Shown here: one piece after another, positions 1-10,345 of the stretch | Numbering within the stretch: position 1 is the first letter of the stretch | Layout: each line of letters starts with the position of its first letter | From: Selaginella moellendorffii | Lineage: Eukaryota > Plantae > Lycopodiophyta | NCBI RefSeq assembly: GCF_000143415.4 | Contig: NW_003314490.1 | Coordinates: forward strand, 1 to 32,614 | Direction of reading: 5' to 3' | Length of the DNA stretch: 32,614 nt | The notes under the pieces: model-generated | The model's input: the letters and a program-made list of their open reading frames with translations, nothing else | Told to the model about the DNA's origin: nothing | The model's database searches: none | Made by a program: the position numbers and the translations under genes

Positions 1-1162
1 TAAACCCTAAACCCTAAACCCTAAACCCTAAACCCTAAACCCTAAAACCCTAAACCTTAAACCCTAAACCCTAAACCCTAAACCCTAAACCCTAAACCCC
101 TAAACCCTAAGCGCTAAACCCTAAACCCTAAACCCTAAATTTTAAACCCTAAACCCTAAACCCTAAACCCTAAACCCTAAACCCTAAACCCTAAACCCTA
201 AACCTAAACCCTAAACCCTAAAACCCTAAACCCTANNNNNNNNNNNNNNNNNNNNNNNNNNNNNNNNNNNNNNNNNNNNNNNNNNNNNNNNNNNNNNNNN
301 NNNNNNNNNNNNNNNNNNNNNNNNNNNNNNNNNNNNNNNNNNNNNNNNNNNNNNNNNNNNNNNNNNNNNNNNNNNNNNNNNNNNNNNNNNNNNNNNNNNN
401 NNNNNNNNNNNNNNNNNNNNNNNNNNNNNNNNNNNNNNNNNNNNNNNNNNNNNNNNNNNNNNNNNNNNNNNNNNNNNNNNNNNNNNNNNNNNNNNNNNNN
501 NNNNNNNNNNNNNNNNNNNNNNNNNNNNNNNNNNNNNNNNNNNNNNNNNNNNNNNNNNNNNNNNNNNNNNNNNNNNNNNNNNNNNNNNNNNNNNNNNNNN
601 NNNNNNNNNNNNNNNNNNNNNNNNNNNNNNNNNNNNNNNNNNNNNNNNNNNNNNNNNNNNNNNNNNNNNNNNNNNNNNNNNNNNNNNNNNNNNNNNNNNN
701 NNNNNNNNNNNNNNNNNNNNNNNNNNNNNNNNNNNNNNNNNNNNNNNNNNNNNNNNNNNNNNNNNNNNNNNNNNNNNNNNNNNNNNNNNNNNNNNNNNNN
801 NNNNNNNNNNNNNNNNNNNNNNNNNNNNNNNNNNNNNNNNNNNNNNNNNNNNNNNNNNNNNNNNNNNNNNNNNNNNNNNNNNNNNNNNNNNNNNNNNNNN
901 NNNNNNNNNNNNNNNNNNNNNNNNNNNNNNNNNNNNNNNNNNNNNNNNNNNNNNNNNNNNNNNNNNNNNNNNNNNNNNNNNNNNNNNNNNNNNNNNNNNN
1001 NNNNNNNNNNNNNNNNNNNNNNNNNNNNNNNNNNNNNNNNNNNNNNAAACCCTTAAACCCTAAACCCTAAAACCCTAAACCCTAAACCCTACCCTAAACC
1101 CTAAACCCTAAACCCTAAACCTAAACCCTAAACCCTAAACCCTAAACCCTAAACCCTAAACC
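1..1162 (+). repeat. Telomere, plant-type (CCCTAAA)n, interrupted by assembly gap 236-1046
   Basis: Tandem CCCTAAA at 1-235 and 1047-1162 with occasional variants; C-rich strand on + indicates a left chromosome end. Confidence 0.97.
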
Positions 1163-1164
1163 GA

Positions 1165-1809
1165 GTGGGCATTTGGACAGGTACACGAGCAGGCCTCGAA
1201 CGATGGCTCCGAGGATACGGCACGCTGTGTCCTTCGATCAAGATCACCTCGGTGATCTCGCTCGAAGAGCTGGATATCCTCGATATCCACTTCTTCAAAG
1301 GCCCTCGCTTTGAAGAGACAGGCTGCCTCGACTCGTCCACGTTCCAGAAGCCCCTCAACGCCTACCAGTACCTCCCCTGGACGTCGGTTCACCCACGGCA
1401 CCAGAAGGTGGCATTCATCCGCAGCGAGCTCCGCAGATACCTCCTCCGCGAGAGCACAGCCGATGGATTCCACGCCATGCGCACGCGGTTCTACCACCGC
1501 CTCCGTGCCCGGGGATACCCGACCTCCTTCCTCCATCACTGCTTCTCCGGCATCTCCTACGACCAGCGACATCAAGCTCTCCTTGCACGCTCGCGCCGCT
1601 CTAGCGACGCCTGTCAACGGGCCCCCCTCGCCTTCAAGCTGCCTTACACACTCCACAGTGCACAGCTAGGCTTGGGGGACATCCTAAACCCTAAACAGGT
1701 GATGGATGAAGCTCCCGCAGACACACTCCCCCGAGTGATTACGTGCTGGAGACGCTCCCCGAACCTCGGTTCGTTCCTGGTCAGGGCCAAGCTCCCTCCG
1801 CGAGCTTAG
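1165..1809 (+). pseudogene. C-terminal RT/thumb fragment of the Penelope-like element
   Basis: ILDIHF..LDSSTFQKPLNAYQYLPWTSVHPRHQKVAFIRSELRRYL..LRARGYP matches the PLE motif FLD..YxKP...YL...SxHP...K...ELxR...RGYP; upstream part incl. catalytic DD replaced by telomere; ends PNLGSFLVRAKL without GIY-YIG. Confidence 0.88.
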
Positions 1810-1897
1810 CCACGTCTTGTACCACACTTTGCAAGACACGGAAGCATATGTTTGCATCTTTCTCCGCGTACCCGATGACTCCCAGGGTCTGGCCGAT

Positions 1898-2353
1898 GGA
1901 CTTCAGGTATGTCCAAAGTCACTCCAGGCCACCCCCCTTTCGAGTCAACGCCCGGTCAACGCGGAGTCAACGGTCAGAACGGAATATTCCCCAATATTCC
2001 GACTGTATCCCTGTTGACCGAGTCAAAACGGCATATACCGTTGGATTCCGCTCTTCCTTCCGATCGTGAATATATGAGTTTCAACTCTGAACTCCACACA
2101 CGATTCGTTGAAAAGCGTGTATTCCGTTAAAACGGTACCGCTCCTTCGACATCGGCGATGCACGCCGACAGCTCGCGGGATGGCTCTCCCCTGCACCACC
2201 GCTGGACTTCGGGTATGTATGAGTGACCTCAGGCCCTCCACCATCCCAGTCCACACACGGTCAACGCGGGGTCAACGGTCAACGACGGAATATTCTCAGA
2301 ATATTCCCTGCAAAGTGGACCACGTTTTTCGTCGCCGGGTATGTACGAGTGAC
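1898..2353 (+). repeat. Degenerate ~306-bp direct duplication in the PLE 3' region with GTCAAC iterations
   Basis: ggacttcaggtatgt (1898) vs ggacttcgggtatgt (2204); cggtcaacgcggagtcaacggtca..cggaatattc (~1953) vs cggtcaacgcggggtcaacggtcaa..cggaatattc (~2258). Confidence 0.7.
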
Positions 2354-2582
2354 ACAAGCATTGTGGACGTAACGCATGCATCATATCATGCTGCGTTTAC
2401 AAGTTATCTTGCGTCAAAGGTACGTCACCCGCCGGCCGAACGCTTACTGTCTTCGGCGATCCGCCGAAGTCATTCTCCGCGACTACCACTGCTGTGGAGT
2501 AACCAACACCAGCTGTGCTACGTTCGCAACCTCGCGAGCCAACGCTGCCACGCCACTTCGCATGGCCGCCACACGGACTCGC

Positions 2583-2637
2583 GCCACGTGACAGAGCCAA
2601 AATATAAGTAGAGTCGGCACCGAGCTAGGGTTAGGGT
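2583..2637 (+). promoter_or_regulatory. Possible promoter in PLE pseudo-LTR (G-box, TATA-like box, telo-box-like motif)
   Basis: GCCACGTG 2583-2590, TATAAGTA 2603-2610, TAGGGTTAGGG 2626-2636, directly upstream of the ribozyme. Confidence 0.35.
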
Positions 2638-2638
2638 A

Positions 2639-2708
2639 GACACTAGACGACTACACCCGGCTGATGAGTCCCAAAAAGGACGAAACCGGTCTCGGGTTGT
2701 CTCTTGTC
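2639..2708 (+). ncRNA. Type I hammerhead ribozyme
   Basis: Stem I ACCCGG(2655-60)/TCGGGT(2692-97), extended by AGACG/TGTCT and GACA/TGTC; core CTGATGA 2661-67; stem II GTCC-caaaaa-GGAC 2668-81; GAAA 2682-85; palindromic minimal stem III ACCGGT; cleavage triplet GTC 2689-91. Confidence 0.93.
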
Positions 2709-2861
2709 CTCTCCCTCGCTCACGAATGAATGAAAATTCATTCCCTCGCATCCTCTACTTGCTCTCGATCACGCCGTTTCGACAACGGCACACGGAGAAT
2801 GTGGATTGCACAAAGTGGTGCCGCGATCTCGCCGGATTGCAGCACTGCGGGGTGTCTTTGA

Positions 2862-2971
2862 CCCTAAACGCCTAAACGCGCCTAAACCCTAAACCCTAAA
2901 CCTAAACCCTAAACCCTAAACCCGAAACCCTAAACCCTAAACCCTAAACCCTAAACCCTAAACCCTAAACC
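2862..2971 (+). repeat. Internal (CCCTAAA)n tract, probable former chromosome end
   Basis: Over 100 bp of telomeric units (some variants) between the PLE 3' end and the subtelomeric sequence. Confidence 0.95.
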
Positions 2972-3250
2972 GATTTCCAGCGAGGCCCTCATTCCCTGAT
3001 GGCCTCGCGCCTGAGCCTGAGGGCCTCGCGATTTCCAGCGAGGCCCTCTGGGAATGAGGCCCTCAGGGAATGAGGGCCTCGCGATTTCCAGCGAGGCCCT
3101 CATTCCCTATTTCCTAAGGGCCTCGCGATTTCCAGCAAGGCCCTCATTCCCTCAGGGCCTCGCGATTTCTAGCGAGGCTCTCAGGGAATGAGGGCTTCGC
3201 GCCTGAGGGCCTCGCGATTTCTAGCGAGTCCCTCAGGTACCGAGGCCCTC
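2971..3250. repeat. Array of hairpin units GAGGGCCTCGC-GATTTCCA-GCGAGGCCCTC
   Basis: ~6 units; perfect 18-bp inverted repeat 3065-3082/3091-3108; linkers AGGGAATG/CATTCCCT are also reverse complements. Confidence 0.9.
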
Positions 3251-6200
3251 CTTGTTTCAGTGTTCACCTGCCCCTTGTATCTGGTTTTTGTTTCATGGTC
3301 TTCCTGTTTCAAACATTGATTTCTTTTCACATTTCTAACCCCACATTTGAACGCAGCGCTACAAGCTTTTTACCAAGAACCGGAAATTGGCGGCTGCCAG
3401 GAGGGTCATCTCGTTGGACCCAAACCATGAGTACTTTCAAGATGGTGTCAAGAAGAAACTCGGAACATTCAAAGTGCTCCTCAAGTTGTGTAGGGTCGAG
3501 ATGCGAGAGGGTGGCTTTCGGGCAGGAGCTGAGTATGCCTGGCCACGGAATGACATCGAGCCAAGGATCAGAAGCGGGCGGAAGATCTGCAAGGTTCCTG
3601 ATGATCACAAGTTGGTCGTCGATATCGATGACCGACTGGAGAAAGGGTTCAGTGTTTGTGACTCGAGTGCTGACATTATCCTGAAAGAGTGGGACGAGTC
3701 AAGTGATGAAAGCACTGAGAGGGGCATTGTGATCGGGTGGTTTCAGGACGGTGAAACCATTATCTTGACGTACGAGCAAAAAGGTGAGATCAAGACATCC
3801 TATTATGCGATCAAGAACCATCGTCACACGGAGGATGTGGACCGCTTACTTGTAGAACATCAGGATTGGAATTTGGCACAGGTGCTTGATGTCTTTTCAA
3901 CGCACAAGGAAAGGAAGTTCTGGAGGAGCCGATCGCAGACGTTGAACCTGTGGCAACCGGAGTGGGCCTCACGTCCAATTGACCTTGCAGCAGAGTACCG
4001 GCGTTTGCATCCGGTGGCGAAGAGGACCAATCCTCTCGATCTGGCGACAGCCAATACCGACGAGAACGAGTCCGACGCTTCCGGGGACTTGGAAGGGAAG
4101 AAGGGTCCGCCGAAGAAGAAGGGTCCGCCGAAGAAGAAGCAAAAGAGGACGGAGCCTGAGATTGTTGAGAGTGAGGCTGACAACTCCCTGGAGGAAATTG
4201 GCGACTTGGAAGCGGGGACTTCCAAAGGAAAGAAGAAGCCAAGGAAGAAGAAGTTGAGCGAGGAGGAGGAGAAGAAGCTTGCGATAGCCGAAACCGGCGC
4301 GATCGCGAACAAGGGACTCTTCTTTGGCCAAGAGACAAGGAGGATGCGGGTGAGTGACTTGGTCATCAACCAGATGCTCAACCACAGGGCCTTTGAGACA
4401 TCGTGGAAGGACGACCTGGTCCAGCAGATGAAGGGGATGCCACGAGAGCCGGCGGCTGCCCACGTTATTCCATTTGTTGGCAGCGTGGAAAAACCGATTT
4501 TCATCACGAGACTTGACCAGCTGTCCAAGGAGTTGGCAAAGAAGGAGAACTACGTATTGAAGGGGTTTGTTGTTTCCGGAGCACACTCCACGGTGGCGCT
4601 GCAAGAGATTGAGAAGGAGCACAAGTCGTGACTTGAGCGGCAATCAACAACCATCAATGACTTCTTCACAATCAGGAAAGTGTTGTTTGTTAACAAGGGC
4701 GTCTTGACCTTGGAGGAGATTTTGAAGCTGTCAAAGAGCGACAATAATCGAGATGTACAACATTACCAGCCAACCTTCACTGGCACCATGAAACAGGCCC
4801 AGCTTTTCTGGTTGGAGTTCAGGAAGCCGGAGAAATCTCCTAATGGTGTTCCACACTCGCCGAGATGGAAGGTAAACTCAAAACATACCTCCTTTTTCCT
4901 TGCTAATTTGACTTTCAACTGATTGCAGGAGCTGGAGAGAGTGCTCTCCGTCATCTTAAACCGGAACGACCACGGAATGGTGCACCGGCTCGTCTCTTGC
5001 AAGGAGAAGGCCTGGGAGAGCTGGGAGAAGATTTTTGATCTGAATGAGAAGATGGAACTTGCCTCCATCGCTGAAGTCCCTGCTGAACCGGTGAAGAAGA
5101 GCGTTGGTGTTCGAAAGAGAGACTACACGATGAACCTCCACAAGATGAAGTTCCTTGCCGCACTAGTGGACGAGGATATCGGTTTTCTCGGGGAGCAGAT
5201 CCTTGTAGGGAACGCTGTATTCTGCAGCAAAAAGGAGGCAGACAAACACGACAAATAGCTGGTCACCGAGCTCGCAAACACTCTCAGGGAGCGGCAGGTG
5301 ATTGTGGATGAGTATAGGAAGCTGGCGGAGGCGTACAACCCGGAGAAGTTCAAGAAGATGAAAAGAGCGGAGTTCCGTGAAGCCGTGAACTTGGGGGACG
5401 ACTTCTTGGATATGTGGGCGAGGACGAATTTCATGCACATGAAGTGCATGAAGGACCCGTCCAAGACGTTTGCTCCCGAGTCTTACCTCCGCGAGCAAAT
5501 GATGAGCCGGATAAGGGGGAGAACTGACGTCGCCAAGGATGACTCCCCCTTTCGTGTCTTCGACCTTATGAACACGGCGGATGCGTGGGGTACTAGGCTT
5601 GCGACTGAGGTACGCCCGGTTGGTTTGTTCATTTTGGACTTGAGAGGCGCTGGTTGGACGCGGCAACAACTTGGTGAGACGTTTGGTCAAGCTGCTCTTC
5701 TCCTCACCAAAGACAGTCACATTTCGATTTTCTTCGACATCAACGACTTCCAGATGGTCGTGGATGCAGTGGAGACGTATCTGACGAACAAGCACTTGCC
5801 TTCCTTCTTTGTCATCTCCAATGAAAAGACTGCCCCGCGGGTCAAAGCTATGGCGCTGCATCTCTCCATGGCAAGGGTCTTGGATAAGGACGACGAGTTC
5901 AAGACACTGCTGGATGATGAAGAGGAGCGTCCTCTCCCAACTGGATGGTCTCCTTTGGATATCGGTCCTTTCAAAGGAGACATCGGGCTTTGCCTTTTCG
6001 ACCATCTCATGAGTCTCGTCCAGGATCAGGTGTACTGGGTTGCGATCAATTGCGAGCGAGCGTTGTAGGCCGGGATCCAGGTTGGAAAGATAGGTGTGCT
6101 CGTCCTCGAGAAAGGAGACATTTGACAGATGAGGAGGAACATTGAATCGGCAAACCGGCAACAAGTGGGTCCAATCTTTGCTAGGAGTCAGCCGCTCAAC

Positions 6201-6329
6201 AATCCAGTTCAAGATCCACCGCCAAACAACAACTTGATCCTCTCGGTGGATGTTCAACTTCCCAGCAACACCACCCCTCCACCCTCCAACAACATCCCGC
6301 CGCCGGAGGAGGAAGTCACCCAGGGCGAG

Positions 6330-6570
6330 CAGGAGTTGGAGCCGCAACGCAGCGAGGAGCTCGAGCCGGAGGAGCTGCAGGGCAGCGAGGAGCTCGAGCC
6401 CGAGGAGCTGCAGGGCAGCGAGGAGCTCGAGCGAGAGGAGCTGCAGGGCAGCGAAGAGCTCGAGCGAGAGGAGCCGCAGGGCAGCGAGGAGCTGGAGTCG
6501 AAGCCGGAAGGCAGCGAGGAGCTGGAGTCGGAGCCAGAGGGCACTGAGGAGGAGCTGGAGTCGGAGGAGC
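6330..6570 (+). repeat. Coding 33-bp tandem repeat (QGSEELEPEEL)
   Basis: gcagcgaggagctcgagccggaggagctgcagg iterated, then shorter degenerate units. Confidence 0.9.
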
Positions 6571-6897
6571 GTCCAAACACACGGAAGAGAGCGCTAGGAC
6601 AGGACAGAACGAAACCCATCTTTAAAAAGCAACGTGTCCACTCTGAATGTGTGTAGTAAATTTCTAAATAAATTATTTGTGTGTCGTTTTGAATTCTTTT
6701 TTTCTATGATACAGATATCAAGGAGAAAAACAATGCTGATGACGAGATAGGGGAAAACATCGCTGAGGTGAACAAAGTTGATGAATCCATTTCAAAAGTC
6801 ACAAACAGTAAGTTGCAATTTTTTGACAATTGATATCTTTATCTATTTGGCCTGAGATGCTACTAATGTGTCAGGTGAGGAGGATATTCCTGTGACA

Positions 6898-7220
6898 AGC
6901 AGCCAATTTCAAGTGGTGGTCAAACCCTTACCCTCGCAAGAAAACGCGAGCAGCCAATTTCAAGTGGTGGTCAAACCCTTACCCTCGCAAGAAAACGCGA
7001 GCAGCCAGCTTGAAGTGGTGGCGGAACCCTCACCCTCGCGAAAAAACGCGAGCAGCCAGCTTCAAGTCATGGGCGAACCCTCACCCTCGCGAGAAAACGC
7101 GAGCAGCCAGCTTCAAGTCATGGGCGAACCCTCACCCTCGCGAGAAAACGCGAGCAGCCAGCTTCCAGTCGTGGCCGAATCCTCACCCTCACGAGAAAAC
7201 GTGAGCAACCAACTTCAAGA
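6898..7220 (+). repeat. Coding 51-bp tandem repeat (SSQLQVMGEPSPSRENA), ~6 copies
   Basis: agcagccaatttcaagtggtggtcaaacccttaccctcgcaagaaaacgcg and variants. Confidence 0.92.
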
Positions 7221-8110
7221 TGGTAAATCTAAATGTTTCGGGCAACCAACTATATCACGTGTTTGCATTCCCAGCCGCCAAGGACAACCGACTGATCCAA
7301 CTCTCGGAAGAACTCAAGATCTTTCTGGAAAAAAAAGATCTCGATCTTTCTGAAGATGATTCAGATGACATAAACGCCAAGGAAGGGATTCTTCATGCCA
7401 AAAAAGATAACTCAAGACGCACCAGAGGACAATCATGACCGAACTCGTGGTAAATGTCAATTTTGATATAATTTTTTACAAAACTAAAACCATATTATGT
7501 CCTCAACAGAGAACCAGAAGCACGAAATTTCATTCAACGACCAAATGCCTCCTCAGTTTGTTCAAGATACATTGGATTTTGAACAACATGACAGTGTCGC
7601 TAATGATAACGAAACTGCCCCTATTGAACAAGGGGTCACATGTTCCGCCCAAAGAGATGAGTTTGGAACAACAAGTGTTTTGAACCAAGATGGTAAGTTG
7701 ATCCTTTCAATTTTTTAAATTTAACTGATATGTCATTCGGATTTCAGGAAAGAGAACGGAGGCAACCTCTCAGGGAGTGGGGGGTGTACAAACGTCAAAG
7801 AGTTCTAAAGAAAAGAGGAAGACGAAACCAAAGGTTGGAGGATCGCAAGCGGTCAGAAGATCAACTAGACATAGACAACATGCTCCACCATCAACATAGA
7901 CAACTGCAAGGACAATCAAATTCAATCGCAGAAGAAGTCGATGTCTTCATTCGAGCAGTAGCGAGAGCTGAAGGAGCTATTAGTGAAGAAGATGTATCTA
8001 GTTAAGAATTTCAATTTGTAAATAGATATCAAAAATTAAACATTAGACGTTCGAGACACGTGAAACTCTCGCGACCATCTTCTTTTATTTTTCTCAACCA
8101 CGCTAATTCT

Positions 8111-8238
8111 CACGCTAATTCTCTCGTGGTCTCTTTCATAATAAAATAGATAACATGTCTAGACTGGAGTAGACGTGGTTTCTTTCTAGTCTAGACAAAA
8201 TATTTTATTATGAAAGAGACCACGAGAGAATTAACGTG
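8111..8238. repeat. Long inverted repeat (foldback)
   Basis: 38-bp arms 8111-8148/8201-8238 with one mismatch; inner arms tgtctagact/agtctagaca. Confidence 0.88.
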
Positions 8239-8399
8239 GTCCAGAGACATGTTAAACATTTTATTATGTAAGTTATGTGTTAATTAAATGTTATTAATGT
8301 TAAGTAAGAAATATTCCTTTCTTTAAAAAGAATAAATAATTTATAAGAAAGGAATATACTTTTGGGACTTGAATGAGTCCCATTTTAATGGAATATTGC

Positions 8400-10345
8400 A
8401 TCTGAAATCATCCATGAAGACTCTCATGAAATCAGTCAGGTATTCCCTGAAAATGTTGGTGACCAATCGCTGAAAAGTGAAGGGGGCATTGCATAGGCCA
8501 AATGGCATGCGCCGATAGGCGTAGGCACCCCAAGGACTGATAAAGGCAGTCTTATGCTGGTCGGCAGGTGCGATGGTGACCTGATTGAAGCCTGAAAACC
8601 CATCTAGGAATGAGTACATATCATGGCCAGCGACTGAATCAAGAACTTCATCAGAGAAAGGAATAGGGAAGGCATCTTTCTGTGTGACATCATTCAACTT
8701 CTTGTAGTTGACACAGAAGCGAAGTTTCCCACTCTTCTTAGGCACAACAAGCAATGGTGAAAGCCATGTAGGGTTTTAGATAGGGTAGATGTAATCCACC
8801 TCAAGAAGCTTGTCAAGCTCTTGCTTCACTTGGTCCATCAGGTTCGGATTCATCCGATAGGCATGTTGGCAGCGTGGCTTGGCGTCAGGCAATAGCTCAA
8901 TGGTATGCATACAAAGATCAGGCGAAACACCTTTAAGATCTTTATAGCTCCAGGCAAAGGCTGCCTTATGACGCTTGAGAAGTTCTAGGCCCTTGGCCTG
9001 AAAACTAGGCGAGATATCCTTGCCTATAACGATGTAATGCTTGAGATTCTCATCATCTGCGGAGATGGTGGGAATGTAAGTGCCTGAGTGATAGGAGGCT
9101 TTTCACGAGAGATATCAACTGCGACACGGTAAAGATCAATCTCAGCAAAACGTTTGAGATCAGGGTAAGCCTTCAAGATCTGGGCTTCCTCATAATCATC
9201 CAAACCATCTTTCCAATCATATAATTCCTCAAGATCGATGGGGCGATTCCCAGGCGAGACAGGCTTGCAGGCTTTGGTAGAGACATTGACTGGACCATCA
9301 GGTCTTTCAAGGATAACTCGGTCTCTAGGCCAATCCTGTAGTGTGCCTGTTCGTCGTAGCCAGGGACGACCAAGGAGTACCGGGTAAGCATCAGGCTGTT
9401 TGGGCAGCCTGTCATGACTCTAGCAAGAAAGGGGAACAAAAGCTAGCAGCCGTAACTGGTGTTGATTGAATTCAAGGAAACAAAGTACAAGACCTATTCT
9501 TATATACTAGTTTATAGAGCCAAACTTGGAGTGTTCTATAAATGGGTCTTGAGATCCAACCGTAGAAGATGAACGGTGAAGATGATAATCCAAATATAAG
9601 GTCTTGAATATACCTTGAAATATACCAGATCCCAATATGCTCGAGAATATAATTAATCTGAGTTTAGGACTTGCGTATTTAATTAGGGGCAGGAACCCTA
9701 GTTCCTGACACAGCCTAAGAATGATGTAATTGACCGGAATTTTAACTCCTTTGATATTGGTAACAACATTGCGGATGATGCCTTGAGGTCTCACTGAACG
9801 ATGATCTGCCATTCGAACATTGAATGGGGCAGGTTCTAGTGGGCCTAAGCCAAGCATATTGGCTGTTCGCTCTTCCATGATGTTCACGCCCGAGCCACCA
9901 TCAAGCATAACACCTTTGATGGGGTGGCGTCCAATGTATAGATCAATACATGGAACATTGTTGTCACAGTCGCCTGGTTGAGCCTCAGCATGAAAGACAT
10001 CAATGCTGGGTTCCACATGAATGATATCCTCAGGTCGGATAAGAGGCTCTGGAGCTGCGCTTTTAGGCTCTGGAACTACGCTTTTAGGCTCTGGAACCTT
10101 ACGTTCAGGTTCGGGAGCTGCGCTCTTAGGCTCTGGAGTTGCTGCCTGAGTAATCAGATGCTGAAGCTTATCGCCTAAGTAAGGGGCAAGCTGAAGCAAC
10201 TGAGCAAGCATAATCTGAAGATTCTGATTGAGAATTGTGCTTGCTATCTCTTGGCTAGCAACAGCCTGGCTAGTATCAGCGTCACCTAAAATTGCCTCTG
10301 CCATCGGACTAGGTATTGCCTCTGCCATCGGACTAGGTATTGCCT
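8400..10345 (-). mobile_element. Degraded Ty3/Gypsy pol fragment (aspartic protease + RT)
   Basis: Protease VMLDGGSGVNIM (ORF 9507-10394); RT VVPKKSGKLRFCVNYKKLN..LDGFSGFNQ..KTAF..MPFGLCNAP..FMDDF (8341-8754), truncated just after DD; upstream pol AFAWSYKDLKGV..MNP..ELDKLL with a stop; no LTR seen. Confidence 0.9.

Larger units (their letters stand above)
1163..2861 (+). mobile_element. 5'-truncated telomere-associated endonuclease-deficient Penelope-like element (PLE)
   Basis: PLE RT C-terminus, long 3' region with a hammerhead ribozyme, telomeric repeats at both junctions, truncated 5' end facing the telomere; no GIY-YIG domain after the thumb. Confidence 0.88.
3357..8005 (+). pseudogene. 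Multi-exon ParB-like domain protein, paralog 1 (nonsense mutations; acidic repeat-rich C-terminus)
   Basis: NHRAFETSWKDDLVQQM..VIPF..FVVSGAHSTVALQEI resembles the ParB/Srx core; collinear with the gene at 23592-29210; intron 4872-4928; in-frame stops at 4629, 5256, 6066, 6123 while the frame continues; further short exons to 8005 (structure uncertain). Confidence 0.7.

Noticed and set aside
1165-1809. Telomerase (TERT) fragment
   Set aside because: Motifs, lack of introns and the linked hammerhead fit a PLE RT.
1743-2751. Several ORFs in the PLE 3' region
   Set aside because: No recognisable motifs; GC-rich repeat-containing non-coding region.
2971-3250. CRISPR-like array of palindromic repeats
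   Set aside because: Spacers are short, irregular and repeat-derived; no cas genes; eukaryotic context.
3811-4643. Long minus-strand ORFs
   Set aside because: Antisense shadows of the ParB-like gene; the same applies to 5163-6347 and to + ORFs over 26445-28249.
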